Positions 1 to 9,783 of a stretch of 64,000 bases of DNA are shown here, in pieces. The notes beneath the pieces were generated by a model. It did no database searches and was not told where the DNA came from. It saw nothing but the letters and a program-made list of their open reading frames with translations. The stretch is from an uncultured bacterium (GTDB lineage: Bacteria; Babelota; Babeliae; Babelales; Babelaceae). Positions within the stretch are counted from its first letter, which is position 1. Each line of letters opens with the position of its first letter. A program made the translations under genes and the position numbers. The stretch spans positions 928,001-992,000 of the forward strand of contig OY970332.1 of the NCBI GenBank assembly GCA_963717435.1, written 5' to 3'.

Positions 1-459
1 ATCAGCAGGAAGTTTGGTATTTATTTTTAAGTAGCTATTATATGTATCTTTTAGGGTTCTCCAGATAGCTTCTAGCTCAACTGTTTTTTCAGTGTCACTT
101 TTTAAATCTTCACAGTGAACCGCCAAAAAGTTATCTATGCGTTCAGTGGACAAGAATTTTGATCTACAAATACCTTCAACCAAGATTTTTAGCGTGCCCT
201 TTGGCATACGCATTACTTGGAGAATCGTAGCTTTTGTCCCGTAGTTAAATAGATCTTTTTCTGTTGGATGTTCTATATCGGGGTGTTTTTGTGCTGTAAT
301 AAAAATGGGTTGATTATTCTTAAGAGCATATTCTACTGCTTCAACTGAAGATGCTCTACCGACTATTACGGGTATAATGCTTTTAGGCAAAATAACGACA
401 TTTTTTAATGGCAAAAGAGCCAAAAAATTTTGCTGTATATTGTTTTCTGGTGAGTTCAT
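1..459 (-). CDS. lon: Lon protease, N-terminal part (runs off window start)
   Basis: Manual translation from ATG at 459: MNSPEN...LLPLKNVVILPKSIIPVIVGRASSVEAVEYA...IFITAQK...GTKATILQVMRMPKGTLKILVEG, typical Lon N-domain. Confidence 0.9.
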   Translation of the reverse strand, partial: MNSPENNIQQNFLALLPLKNVVILPKSIIPVIVGRASSVEAVEYALKNNQPIFITAQKHPDIEHPTEKDLFNYGTKATILQVMRMPKGTLKILVEGICRSKFLSTERIDNFLAVHCEDLKSDTEKTVELEAIWRTLKDTYNSYLKINTKLPAD

Positions 460-759
460 CTGCAGATCTTTCCTGAATTGGTTAAGACTTAAAAGTAATG
501 GCTTAAAACTTTAATAGCTTATACCTAAGTTATTTTAGCATAATATACTCAAGGAGTAAATCTTATTTTTTTGCCCCTATTAGTCTATAATTTAGCTTAT
601 ATAAGCTATTTTTTGCAGTTTTTTTAATTATTTTTTTTACAAAAGTTTAATATTTCTGTATGATTTTAAGTGATCTTTGTTTTTGAAGTACTCGTAGCCA
701 ATAAGCTTGGTTCGAGCTGGGGAAATTACTAAAACTTGCTTTACCTGAAGGTCCACTTA

Positions 760-2199
760 ATGAGTCGTATCGGTCATAATATTGCGTCGTTTTTAAGGTC
801 TATTTTTAGTTTTTTCTTGGATGTCGAAAAAGAGGAAAGAATAAAGGTTATTTTGCTAACTGTGTCATTTTTCTTTGTAATAGGCGCTTACACTGTTGTA
901 AAAGAGCTTAAAGATTCTATATTTGCTTCAGTAGTGGGTGAAGACTATCAGCCCAAAGCCAAAATGATAGTTATTTTTCTCTTAATTCCAGCCATATTCT
1001 TCTACTCAAAACTTGTTGACGTCTTAAAGCGCCATAATCTGCTATATTTCTACACTATACTATATAGCATTATAGGCTTTGTATTTGTTTATCTAATGGC
1101 CCATCCAACAATAGGCCTTGCAAATACTGTAGCTAGCCCGAACCGATATTTTGGTTGGCTCTTTTACTTTTTCATAGAAAGCTATTCGCCGTTTGTGGTT
1201 AGTGTATTCTGGGCATTTGCAAACTCCGTCACGAGCCCAACTTCTGTGAGGCAAAATTACTCTATAATGATATCCGGCTCAAAGCTGGGCGGTATGCTTA
1301 GCGCTATGTTTGCTTGGTGGATCCTGCGCTCAAAATGTGCTGACGGCTGCATGAGATTTTCAGACGTAACCAACCATCAGATTTTGCTTGGTTATTCGTC
1401 AGTGTTTTTATTGATAGTTCCCGCTTTGGTTTATCTGCTTATAAAGTATGTTCCCCAAAAGAATCTGCATGGGTATGAAGCTGGTCATGAAGCAGAAGTG
1501 GAACTGGATAAGCCCGAAAATAGAGAGTCCACTTTTAGGGGCATGATCTCTGGGTTTATGTTGCTGATAAAAAATCCATACGTGCTTGGTATTTTTAGTA
1601 TCGGCTTCTTTTATGAACTTATAAATCAGGTTTTTAGTTACGAGAGATTGGTAATTGGAAAAAAAATAACAACTAACGCTTCAGAATTTAGTGCCTATTT
1701 ATTTGAGCAAATATTCTGGGTTCATGCCATTGGCTTTGTAATAAGCTTATTTGGAACCAGAGCTATTATATCTTATTTCGGGGAACGCAAGTCGCTTTTG
1801 GTTGTGCCTATACTAATAGGTATTACTCTACTGTATTTTGTGTTTTACCCATCTGACGGCATACTTTATGTATTTGTTTTGAGCAGATCGCTAAATTATG
1901 CATTAACTCAGCCCCTAAGAGAGAGCTTGTATATCCCGACCATACGTGACGTCCAGTTTAAATCTAAATCTTGGATCGATGGATTTGGAACAAAATTTGC
2001 CAAAACCTGCGGCGCAACTTTCAATGATTTTGTAAAAAATCTGTCTTATAGCGCACATACTTTTGCCAATTCGATACTGTTCATGATGACAGCAATGCTT
2101 TGGATTCTGTCTTCTTACTGGTTAGGTTGGAGATTTGAAAAAGCTGTGAAAAATAACGAAGTTATTGGAAAAGAAGAGGTCCTAGGCGAAGATAATTAG
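760..2199 (+). CDS. NTT/TLC-family nucleotide (ADP/ATP) translocase
   Basis: Multi-TM protein with KELKDS, FWAFAN, LNYALTQPLRESLYIPT and KSKSWIDGFGTKFAK motifs; ATG at 760 preferred over TTG at 736. Confidence 0.85.
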   Translation: MSRIGHNIASFLRSIFSFFLDVEKEERIKVILLTVSFFFVIGAYTVVKELKDSIFASVVGEDYQPKAKMIVIFLLIPAIFFYSKLVDVLKRHNLLYFYTILYSIIGFVFVYLMAHPTIGLANTVASPNRYFGWLFYFFIESYSPFVVSVFWAFANSVTSPTSVRQNYSIMISGSKLGGMLSAMFAWWILRSKCADGCMRFSDVTNHQILLGYSSVFLLIVPALVYLLIKYVPQKNLHGYEAGHEAEVELDKPENRESTFRGMISGFMLLIKNPYVLGIFSIGFFYELINQVFSYERLVIGKKITTNASEFSAYLFEQIFWVHAIGFVISLFGTRAIISYFGERKSLLVVPILIGITLLYFVFYPSDGILYVFVLSRSLNYALTQPLRESLYIPTIRDVQFKSKSWIDGFGTKFAKTCGATFNDFVKNLSYSAHTFANSILFMMTAMLWILSSYWLGWRFEKAVKNNEVIGKEEVLGEDN

Positions 2200-2261
2200 C
2201 TAAGATAATTGATTTTTGCGGTATTTTTGCTAGATTTTAAAGTATAAATTAACATTTCTTG

Positions 2262-2335
2262 TCATTTGTTTTTTCAAAAGGGTGGTTGCCGAATATAAAA
2301 CATATTTGGGCCGGAAAGACAAACAAATAACCCTT
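2262..2335 (+). promoter_or_regulatory. Candidate rpsB (S2) autoregulatory leader with pseudoknot topology
   Basis: TTTGTTTTTTC/GAAAGACAAA stem crossed by AAGGGT/ACCCTT pairing, with an internal CCGAATAT/ATATTTGG hairpin, directly upstream of rpsB. Confidence 0.5.
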
Positions 2336-2349
2336 ATAAAGGTACAATT

Positions 2350-3222
2350 ATGAACGATTTAAAAAAACTCGATTTAGAAAAATTTATAGACAATCATGTC
2401 CAGTTCGGGCACAAAAGCTCAAGCAGACATCCTGGGATGAACCAGTATATCTGGGGTCGCAGGAACGACATCTATCTTATAGATGTTTCCAAAACTGCAC
2501 ACCAACTTCAAAAAGCTGCTGAGTTTTTAAAAGCTACTGCTGCTTCAGGTAAGTCAATTTTGGTTGTTGGTACAAAAAAAGCTGCACAACCAGCTGTTGA
2601 AAAGATTGCAAAAGAGTTGGGAATTCCTCACGTTACACATAGATGGATCGGTGGAACATTAACCAATTACAGACAGATTAAAAAAGCTGTTTCAAACTAC
2701 TTGCACCAAGTTGATGTTCTTGCAAAATCTGACCAATATCCGTATACAAAAAAAGAATTTGGTAAGATTCAAAAGAACGTAGAACGTCTAGAGAAAAATA
2801 TCGGCGGTATAACAAAGCTTGTTTGGCCAGTTGGCGCAGTTATCATAATTGACGTCAAGAAAGAGCATGTTGCTGTTAAAGAAGCTAAATTTGTAGGCGT
2901 GCCTATCGTTGCTTTAGTTGATACAAACTGCGATCCATCAGGCATCGATTACGTAATTCCTGCAAATGACGACTCCCCTCGTTCAATTAATTTCTTAATG
3001 AACTATTTGAGTGGAAGTATTAAACAGGGTCTTGAAAATGCTCAAGCAAAACAACAGGAAGATATGTTGCCTGAAGAGATAACAGCAGAAGAAATATCAG
3101 TTGCTATACCAGAAAATGAAACTGAAGAAGAAGGCAAAAAGCGCATTGCGCGTCTTGCAGCTGCTAAGTCTATCAAAAAGGTTGCACCAAAGGGCGCAAA
3201 GTCTGTTAGAAAACTTGAGTAA
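2350..3222 (+). CDS. rpsB: 30S ribosomal protein S2
   Basis: HVQFGH, VGTKK, RWIGGTLTN, LVDTNCDP and VIPANDD motifs. Confidence 0.98.
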   Translation: MNDLKKLDLEKFIDNHVQFGHKSSSRHPGMNQYIWGRRNDIYLIDVSKTAHQLQKAAEFLKATAASGKSILVVGTKKAAQPAVEKIAKELGIPHVTHRWIGGTLTNYRQIKKAVSNYLHQVDVLAKSDQYPYTKKEFGKIQKNVERLEKNIGGITKLVWPVGAVIIIDVKKEHVAVKEAKFVGVPIVALVDTNCDPSGIDYVIPANDDSPRSINFLMNYLSGSIKQGLENAQAKQQEDMLPEEITAEEISVAIPENETEEEGKKRIARLAAAKSIKKVAPKGAKSVRKLE

Positions 3223-3237
3223 TTAGTAATTAATTTT

Positions 3238-3328
3238 GGAGAGGTGTCTGAGAGGCCGAAAGAGCGTGATTGGAAATCGCGTATACTCCAAAAGGGTATC
3301 GAGGGTTCGAATCCCTCTCTCTCCACCA
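3238..3328 (+). tRNA. tRNA-Ser(GGA)
   Basis: GGAGAGG acceptor stem, CGTGA-TTGGAAA-TCGCG anticodon arm, long variable arm, GGTTCGAATCC T-arm, encoded CCA. Confidence 0.97.
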
Positions 3329-3452
3329 TTCATTTCTGAAGGAAATGAATGGCAGGCCAGTTTTTTCAGCTGGGCTAGGTCCAAGCTAGACTAGTTAGAG
3401 ATTGTGAAATATAATTTAACTAACAGACCAATTTGTTAGAGTATTAAAAAAT

Positions 3453-3542
3453 ATGGGGAAGCACATAAAAAATCGTTGCTTAATTTGTCAGGTCTGAAAA
3501 GAAGCAGCAAGGGTAACTAAGTTTTTGTATGAGCTTTCCCAT
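3453..3542 (+). ncRNA. ffs: Signal recognition particle RNA (4.5S)
   Basis: TCAGGTCTGAAAAGAAGCAGC matches the SRP helix-8 motif; terminal ATGGGGAAGC/GCTTTCCCAT stem; tRNA-Ser/ffs/dnaX gene order. Confidence 0.85.
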
Positions 3543-3562
3543 TTTAATTGAGCGGGTCCCAA

Positions 3563-5263
3563 ATGGATACAGGTTTAAATCTAGCTCGTAAATGGAGATC
3601 AAAAGACTTTTCGCAGATTGTTGGACAAGAACTTTCTGTTAGATTATTGCAAAACAGTCTTTATAAAAATCAATTTTTTCCTGTTTATCTTTTTTCCGGT
3701 CAGCGTGGGTGCGGTAAAACCACAACGGCTCGAGTTTTTTCTGCAGCTCTAAACTGCGAAAATCTAAATAACTTTCAAAAAGATCCACAAAACTATAAAC
3801 TCCCGTGCCTAGAGTGCTACTCTTGTAAGTGCATCAAAGCTGGTAATCACCCCGATTTTATAGAGATAGACGCAGCTTCAAATACTGGAGTTGATAACGT
3901 AAGACAGATTATAGATTCAGCTTCGTTCTTGCCAGTTCTTGGCAGAAAAAAAATATATTTAATAGATGAAGCCCATATGCTATCAAAAGCAGCGTTTAAC
4001 GCCTTGCTTAAAATCTTGGAAGAGCCGCCCGTTAACGTCATTTTTATTTTGGCAACAACTGATCCTCAAAAAATTATAGATACTGTCAGATCACGTTGCT
4101 TCCAGCTCTTTTTTGCTCCAGTAAATTTTGATCAGGTAGCTGCGCATCTTGCTGATATTTGCAAACAAGAAAATATTAAATTTGAAAGTTCAGCTCTTCT
4201 TTTAATCGCTCGTGAAACAGAAGGGTCGCTGCGCGACGCCATAAATTTATTAGAACGTGTCAGGCTTGCAACAGATATTGTCGACGAGAAAACTGTTTGT
4301 AGTATTCTGGGGCATCTTGAAGAAACTAAAATATTAGAACTTCTTGATTTAGTTTTAAACAAAAGCTTGCCCGATATAATAACTTTTTTAGATAGATTAG
4401 ACTTGCAGCGTTACTCTTTAATGCCGCTATGGAAAAAATTTGTTGACCTGCTGCGTGCATCTATATGGCTCAAGAATAATATAGTCTTGGAATCCCATGC
4501 ACATATTAAAGAAAATTTAGATAAAGTTCTTTCTGGGGTTAGCATACAAAAGCTTGTACTATTACTTGAGATTAGCTACGACTACGAACAAGCTTTTTCA
4601 AAGACATCGACTCCCCAAGTTATGCTGCAAATGATGCTGTTAAAGATGTCGGGCTGTGACGCGCAGTTAAGTAACATCCCCACAAATACAGTAGTTAAAA
4701 ATTCAGGCGCACAACAAAACTATTCGGGCGCAGCTAAGCAGGTAAATTCTAGCTCAGCCACGCCGACGGCAATCCCGACGGCAGTCTTGCCGGTTGGCTG
4801 GGATAAAGTTGTCCAGAATTTAAATCAGCTAAATGACCCACTTGTTGCATCTATATTCAAGCAGGGTAAACTATTATCATACGATAAAGAGTCGGGTAAT
4901 TTGCAGGTTAGTTTTCCAGGTGAGTTAAATTTCTTCTCTGAACAATTAGATTCCTCAAAAAAAATATGGCAGCCATTTTTAGCTACTATTTTTGACGATA
5001 ATATAAAATTTAGCCCAGTATTTGATAAACAGCAGGAAAAAAAAAGCCCAGCCAATACAATAAATAATAGTGGGGCCGCTGGCGCAACTATTAGCGCAAA
5101 TAATTTAACTGGCACAGAAAATAAGCCCGTAATTTCAGCTAATTCAGGCGCAACGCAGAAAAAACAACTAAGTAATTTAATAGACGTAATTGATAAACAA
5201 AAATGGCAAAAAACACATAATATATTAAGTGTTTTTCCGGGCAAGATAACACAGATTAATTAG
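3563..5263 (+). CDS. dnaX: DNA polymerase III subunit gamma/tau
   Basis: LARKWR, GQRGCGKTT, EIDAASNTGVD, IDEAHML, SRC and GSLRDA motifs. Confidence 0.97.
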   Translation: MDTGLNLARKWRSKDFSQIVGQELSVRLLQNSLYKNQFFPVYLFSGQRGCGKTTTARVFSAALNCENLNNFQKDPQNYKLPCLECYSCKCIKAGNHPDFIEIDAASNTGVDNVRQIIDSASFLPVLGRKKIYLIDEAHMLSKAAFNALLKILEEPPVNVIFILATTDPQKIIDTVRSRCFQLFFAPVNFDQVAAHLADICKQENIKFESSALLLIARETEGSLRDAINLLERVRLATDIVDEKTVCSILGHLEETKILELLDLVLNKSLPDIITFLDRLDLQRYSLMPLWKKFVDLLRASIWLKNNIVLESHAHIKENLDKVLSGVSIQKLVLLLEISYDYEQAFSKTSTPQVMLQMMLLKMSGCDAQLSNIPTNTVVKNSGAQQNYSGAAKQVNSSSATPTAIPTAVLPVGWDKVVQNLNQLNDPLVASIFKQGKLLSYDKESGNLQVSFPGELNFFSEQLDSSKKIWQPFLATIFDDNIKFSPVFDKQQEKKSPANTINNSGAAGATISANNLTGTENKPVISANSGATQKKQLSNLIDVIDKQKWQKTHNILSVFPGKITQIN

Positions 5264-5312
5264 AAATAATTTTAATAAATATAAATAACTATAAGTAATA
5301 ATAAATAATAAC

Positions 5313-6695
5313 ATGAGCAAATTAAGCAAAGTGGCCCTTGTAGGCCGCATGAATGTCGGAAAATCAACACTATTCAATAAGCTGTCAACGTCTGTCAGAA
5401 GCATGGCGCTAGATTACGAAGGCGTTACGCGCGACTATCTAAAAGATCAAGTTGAATGGGCTGGGGTTTTCTTTCAACTATATGATACTGGCGGGATAGA
5501 AAATTTTAAAAAATCTGATGATATTATCCAGCAAAAAGTGCAACAAAAAGTTATAGCGTTACTAAAAGAAGTTGACGTTATAATCTTTATGGTTGACGGT
5601 ACTGTTGGCCTTGTGCCGCACGATCGTTGGATCGCTCAAGAGCTGCACAAGCTTTCTAAGCCCGTGATTTTGGTTGTTAATAAAATAGATAATAAAGCTA
5701 CAGCAGAAAATTTTCACGAATTTTATGCACTAGGTTTTAAAAATATTATAGGCATCTCTGCAGAGCATAGAACGGGCACCAACGAACTTCTTGATAAAGT
5801 TGTTGAGCTACTTCCAAAAAAATCTCAAGATATAACAATAGAAAAACCTGGCTGCAAAGTTGTCTTTCTTGGCAAGCCAAACGTCGGCAAATCTTCACTT
5901 CTTAATGCAATATTAAACCAGGAACGTGCGATCGTTTCAGAACAAGCTGGAACAACACGCGAAGCGCTTTCTGAGACAATTAAGTTTTACCAAGAAGATA
6001 TCCAAATTACTGACACTCCTGGGATAAGACGCAAAAGATCTGTTGGTGGCGAACTTGAGCCTCTGATGGTAAAAAGCTCTTTTTCTGCGCTAAAAGATTC
6101 AGATATAGTTGTTTTACTTATGGACGGTTCTGAGGGCGAGATTGTTGACCAAGAATTAAAGTTGGCATTTTATGCGTTTACTGAGCAGTATAAAGCTCTA
6201 ATTTTGCTTGTTAACAAAGAAGATTTGATGACAGATAAAAACAGAGCTGATTTAGAATTTAGTTTAGATTATTACAAGCACTTGATTCACAAAAAAGTGC
6301 CATTAATGAACATATCTTGCAAAACTGGCAAAAATATTGGAAAAATATTGCCGTTAATTACTGAAGTTTATAAGCGTTATTCTTACCAGTTTAATAGTGA
6401 AGAATTAAGAATGCTCTTTGCAACTGAATTGCAAAAAAAGCATTTGATTAGAGCTAAGCAGCGCCTAAAAGTTTATGAAGTTGAGCAAGTGCGTACCGCG
6501 CCGATTACAATTGCGATAAAAGTTAACTTGCCTGTATTCTTTGAAGAGTCACAGCTTGCGTTTCTTGAGAATATCATGCGTTCAAATTACGATTTAGTTG
6601 GCGTGCCAATTAAGTTTTTAATTAGATCTACTAAAGACAAGCTTAATAAATCTTCTGCTTCTGACAATTCTGAATCAGAAAATCAAGAAGAATAA
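5313..6695 (+). CDS. der: Ribosome biogenesis GTPase Der (EngA)
   Basis: Two tandem G domains (GRMNVGKS, GKPNVGKS) plus a C-terminal KH-like domain. Confidence 0.96.
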   Translation: MSKLSKVALVGRMNVGKSTLFNKLSTSVRSMALDYEGVTRDYLKDQVEWAGVFFQLYDTGGIENFKKSDDIIQQKVQQKVIALLKEVDVIIFMVDGTVGLVPHDRWIAQELHKLSKPVILVVNKIDNKATAENFHEFYALGFKNIIGISAEHRTGTNELLDKVVELLPKKSQDITIEKPGCKVVFLGKPNVGKSSLLNAILNQERAIVSEQAGTTREALSETIKFYQEDIQITDTPGIRRKRSVGGELEPLMVKSSFSALKDSDIVVLLMDGSEGEIVDQELKLAFYAFTEQYKALILLVNKEDLMTDKNRADLEFSLDYYKHLIHKKVPLMNISCKTGKNIGKILPLITEVYKRYSYQFNSEELRMLFATELQKKHLIRAKQRLKVYEVEQVRTAPITIAIKVNLPVFFEESQLAFLENIMRSNYDLVGVPIKFLIRSTKDKLNKSSASDNSESENQEE

Positions 6696-6736
6696 TTTTT
6701 AAATTATAAGTTTTACAAATTTACATAAAATTTTTT

Positions 6737-6804
6737 AACCCGCTCGTCCCGAGTGTTCTACGAAGCCTTAGGCGAAGTAGAATGTATCGAGGGATAGCCG
6801 GGTT
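6737..6804. repeat. REP-like palindromic repeat, family A copy 1
   Basis: CGCTCGTCCCGAGTG-TTCTA-CGAAGCCTTAGGCGAAG-TAGAA-TGTATCGAGGGA closed by AACCCG/CGGGTT. Confidence 0.85.
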
Positions 6805-6899
6805 TTTTCTTGAGTTTTTATATATCACTTGCACGATCAGATCGCTTTTGTGTAAACTTTAAACGTTAGTATTGAAACAATATTATAGGAGTTAAAGTT

Positions 6900-7217
6900 A
6901 TGCACAAAAGAATATCTTTCAGACGTATGGATCCTGAAGCTATAATGGAAAAGTACGTAGATCAACAATTAGATAAAGTTGTTAAGTTTTTAAGCAACGA
7001 GAAATCCCCGGTATATATAGATGTAGTTTTAGAGAATGGAAAAATTCACGCACATAATAGAGTCGAGATTCGCGTAAAATCGCCAAATTACGATCTTGTG
7101 TCACATTATGAAGGACCCAAGATGTATGACGTTATAGACGAAGCTATCGATCGCATGTATTTAGAATTAAGAAGACATAAAGAAAAGCTTGTTGATAAGC
7201 GCAAAGCAGCAGCGTAA
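6900..7217 (+). CDS. hpf: Ribosome hibernation factor HPF/RaiA (S30AE family), short form
   Basis: ISFRRMD...YVDQQLDKV...MYDVIDEAIDRMYLELRRHKEK pattern, 105 aa. Confidence 0.8.
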   Translation: MHKRISFRRMDPEAIMEKYVDQQLDKVVKFLSNEKSPVYIDVVLENGKIHAHNRVEIRVKSPNYDLVSHYEGPKMYDVIDEAIDRMYLELRRHKEKLVDKRKAAA

Positions 7218-7226
7218 AATTTAAAG

Positions 7227-7246
7227 GGCCGGGAGAATTCCCGGCC
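7227..7246. terminator. GGCCGG hairpin between convergent genes
   Basis: GGCCGGGA-GAAT-TCCCGGCC perfect inverted repeat. Confidence 0.55.
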
Positions 7247-7284
7247 AAATTATTAATTATTAATAATTTTGATATTATTTTTTG

Positions 7285-7983
7285 TCATGAGATCCAATTT
7301 CTTATTTGAGGACACTGGTTTAGTTGTTCGGGCTTTTCACAAAATTCAATAATTTTACCGGATTCAACATAATAAATTCGATCAAAAAGTTTGCGTACAA
7401 AATTCATATCTTGGCTAGAAAGACCTACGGTTAACCCATCAATTGATAACTTTTTTAAAATATTTATCAAAATATCTGTATTAGCTGGATCAAGCGATGC
7501 CGTGGGTTCATCAAGCAAAATAACACGTGGATTTAAACAAAGTGCTCTTGCAATAGCAACTCGTTGTTGCTGTCCCCCAGAAAGTTGAAAGGGATATTTT
7601 TGAATATAATTATTCATTTCAAGGTCTTGCAATGAATTAAGCGCTATTTCTTCCGCTTGGGCATAAGATTTTCCAAGAACAAGCAGCGGATCGATGCAAT
7701 TTTCAAGTACAGTTAGCTGCGGAAATAGATTGTAATCCTGAAAAACATATCCTATTTCTTCAGATCTTTGTCTTGCACTTAGCTTATTAAGTTGTTTGTT
7801 GTTAATTATGACATCGCCACTTTTTATTGGCTCTAGTCCTATCAATGATTTCAACAATGTCGTTTTTCCTGCGCCACTTTTACCAATAAAACCTGTGATT
7901 CTACCTTTTGTTAAAGAGCAAGAGACATTATCTAATAATTTCTGATTCTTTATTGATATGGTGAGATTATTAACGATAACCAT
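7285..7983 (-). CDS. Polar amino acid ABC transporter ATP-binding protein
   Basis: GKSGAGKT, LSGGQQQRVAIARAL and LLDEPT motifs. Confidence 0.92.
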   Translation of the reverse strand: MVIVNNLTISIKNQKLLDNVSCSLTKGRITGFIGKSGAGKTTLLKSLIGLEPIKSGDVIINNKQLNKLSARQRSEEIGYVFQDYNLFPQLTVLENCIDPLLVLGKSYAQAEEIALNSLQDLEMNNYIQKYPFQLSGGQQQRVAIARALCLNPRVILLDEPTASLDPANTDILINILKKLSIDGLTVGLSSQDMNFVRKLFDRIYYVESGKIIEFCEKPEQLNQCPQIRNWIS

Positions 7984-8626
7984 ATGGGCCCCTTCTGTTA
8001 AGGTAGAGAACCAAAATATTTAATAATCCAGAAAATAATAGATAAATCATAGCCACCGAAAGGTATACCGGTAATGGATTTAGTTCGCGTGATATTATAT
8101 TCATGCCAACACGTGTTAATTCAGTAACACCAATTGTTGCAAGCAAAGATGTGCTTTTAAGCAATTGTTCAAGTTCTCCTATTAACGCAGGCAACGCTAC
8201 TCTTATAGCTTGTGGTAATATAATTCGTCTTATAGAAACTGGGATTGAATACCCTAATGCAAAACATGCGGCCCATTGACCTTTGGGAATTGCATTAATT
8301 TGAGAACGAATAATTTCAGTCACGTAACCGCTTGAACATAACGACAATGCAAATGATGCTGCCAGAAATCCGGGAATGTTGATGCCTAACAATTGTGGTA
8401 TGATAAAATACGCTATAAGAATTTGTACATAGGCTGGAATACCTTTAGTAATAAAAGTATATGCCCTTACAATAAATATACCTATATCCGAACCGACCTC
8501 CTGAGAGCTTATAATTCCGAGAAATGTTCCGAGTACTAAACTTATTATTCCGGCAAAAAGCCATGCTCCTAATGTTACAAAACTACCCTTTATAAATAAC
8601 GGAATGTATGTGATTAAGTTAATCAT
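7970..8626 (-). CDS. Polar amino acid ABC transporter permease
   Basis: HisM/GlnP-like EIIRSQINAIPKGQWAA...IILPQA...LLKSTSL. Confidence 0.92.
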   Translation of the reverse strand: MINLITYIPLFIKGSFVTLGAWLFAGIISLVLGTFLGIISSQEVGSDIGIFIVRAYTFITKGIPAYVQILIAYFIIPQLLGINIPGFLAASFALSLCSSGYVTEIIRSQINAIPKGQWAACFALGYSIPVSIRRIILPQAIRVALPALIGELEQLLKSTSLLATIGVTELTRVGMNIISRELNPLPVYLSVAMIYLLFSGLLNILVLYLNRRGPYGYR

Positions 8627-9402
8627 TCTATACCCCATTTTTTTTCATACAGTTTAATGGCGCCGTTATCTTTTAATTGATTAATAGAACTTTGCACTTG
8701 CGTAATCAAAGTTGTATTAATTTGTTTAATGGCAACACCAACACCTTGTACTTGATCTTCTTCATTCAAAGGTACATCTAAGATTTTAATCTCCGAGTAT
8801 TTTGCCTTAAACTTTTTAGCAATTGCTGGATCAATAAGTGCTGCTGTAGCTTTACCATATTGAATATTAAATAGCGCATCATCAACTTTTTCAGTTGGCA
8901 TTATAATAACGTCTTTATATTTACCTAAAACAATACTTTGAGATGAAGTTGGTTCAACACAAACAACCATTCCTTTCATATCAGAAAGAGATTTGATTTT
9001 CTTAGGGATCTCTTTCCAAAAAATAAGAGGGTGTGAAGTTTCTGTTTCACCCTGATAGTGTAGCATTGCGAATTTTTTCAAACGATCTTTAGTTATGGAC
9101 ATACCCCAAATTATTGCATCAATAGAACCTTGTTCAAGTGCAATTATTAACGATGTCATTGAGCCAAGATCCTTGAGTACAAGTTTTTTATTCATATTGC
9201 ATGCAAGCGCATTAGCAAAATCAATATCAAAACCTTCATATTCGCCTTTTTCATTAATGCTAATAAAGGGAGCATATCCTGCTGTCATACCAACAATAAA
9301 TGTATTAGCGGCGCTTTCTGTTTTTGTATTTTTGAAAACTATATATCCACCCCAAAAACCACCGAACAATAGCATAAGAATTAGAATAATTTTAAATTGC
9401 AT
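8623..9402 (-). CDS. Amino acid ABC transporter substrate-binding protein (family 3)
   Basis: VGMTAGYAPF, GFDIDFANAL and IDAIIWGMSITKDR motifs; N-terminal anchor. Confidence 0.9.
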   Translation of the reverse strand: MQFKIILILMLLFGGFWGGYIVFKNTKTESAANTFIVGMTAGYAPFISINEKGEYEGFDIDFANALACNMNKKLVLKDLGSMTSLIIALEQGSIDAIIWGMSITKDRLKKFAMLHYQGETETSHPLIFWKEIPKKIKSLSDMKGMVVCVEPTSSQSIVLGKYKDVIIMPTEKVDDALFNIQYGKATAALIDPAIAKKFKAKYSEIKILDVPLNEEDQVQGVGVAIKQINTTLITQVQSSINQLKDNGAIKLYEKKWGIE

Positions 9403-9455
9403 TAAAAACCTCTTTTGGTTTAATATTACCTATATAAACTTTTATTAATTAAATG

Positions 9456-9758
9456 TTATATTTTTTTAATTTTATTAAGAATTGTGGCATAGCCTTGATG
9501 GGATTCGTTTCTTAAAAAGCGTGCAATTCTGGTAATTGTGGCAAGACTGGCACCAGTTTGTTGATGAATTTCGCGATAAGATAATGTATTTTGATCTAAT
9601 AATTTACACACTCGCCAGCGTTCGGCCAATGCTGAAATTTCTTGAGGAGTGCATAAATCTCTCATGAATCGCGCTGCCTGATCTCTATTTTCTAAAAGAA
9701 GTAATGCCTCAAAAAGTTCTTCTGCCGCGCTTATTTTGGATTTATTATCATTTTCCAT
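9456..9758 (-). CDS. TrpR-like (YerC/YecD) transcriptional regulator
   Basis: FMRDLCTPQEISALAERW...SYREIHQQTGASLATITRIARFL. Confidence 0.9.
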   Translation of the reverse strand: MENDNKSKISAAEELFEALLLLENRDQAARFMRDLCTPQEISALAERWRVCKLLDQNTLSYREIHQQTGASLATITRIARFLRNESHQGYATILNKIKKI

Positions 9759-9783
9759 AAATTTCCCTTTATAAATCTATTAC

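Noticed and set aside
3042-3329. Minus-strand 95-aa ORF, and similar ORFs at 60274-60462 and 60561-60776
   Set aside because: Shadows of tRNA genes and rpsB
5037-5046. A9 run in dnaX as a gamma/tau frameshift or slippage site
   Set aside because: It lies near codon 497, after the apparent C-terminal tau domain, so it would not yield a classic gamma subunit; A-runs are common in this genome
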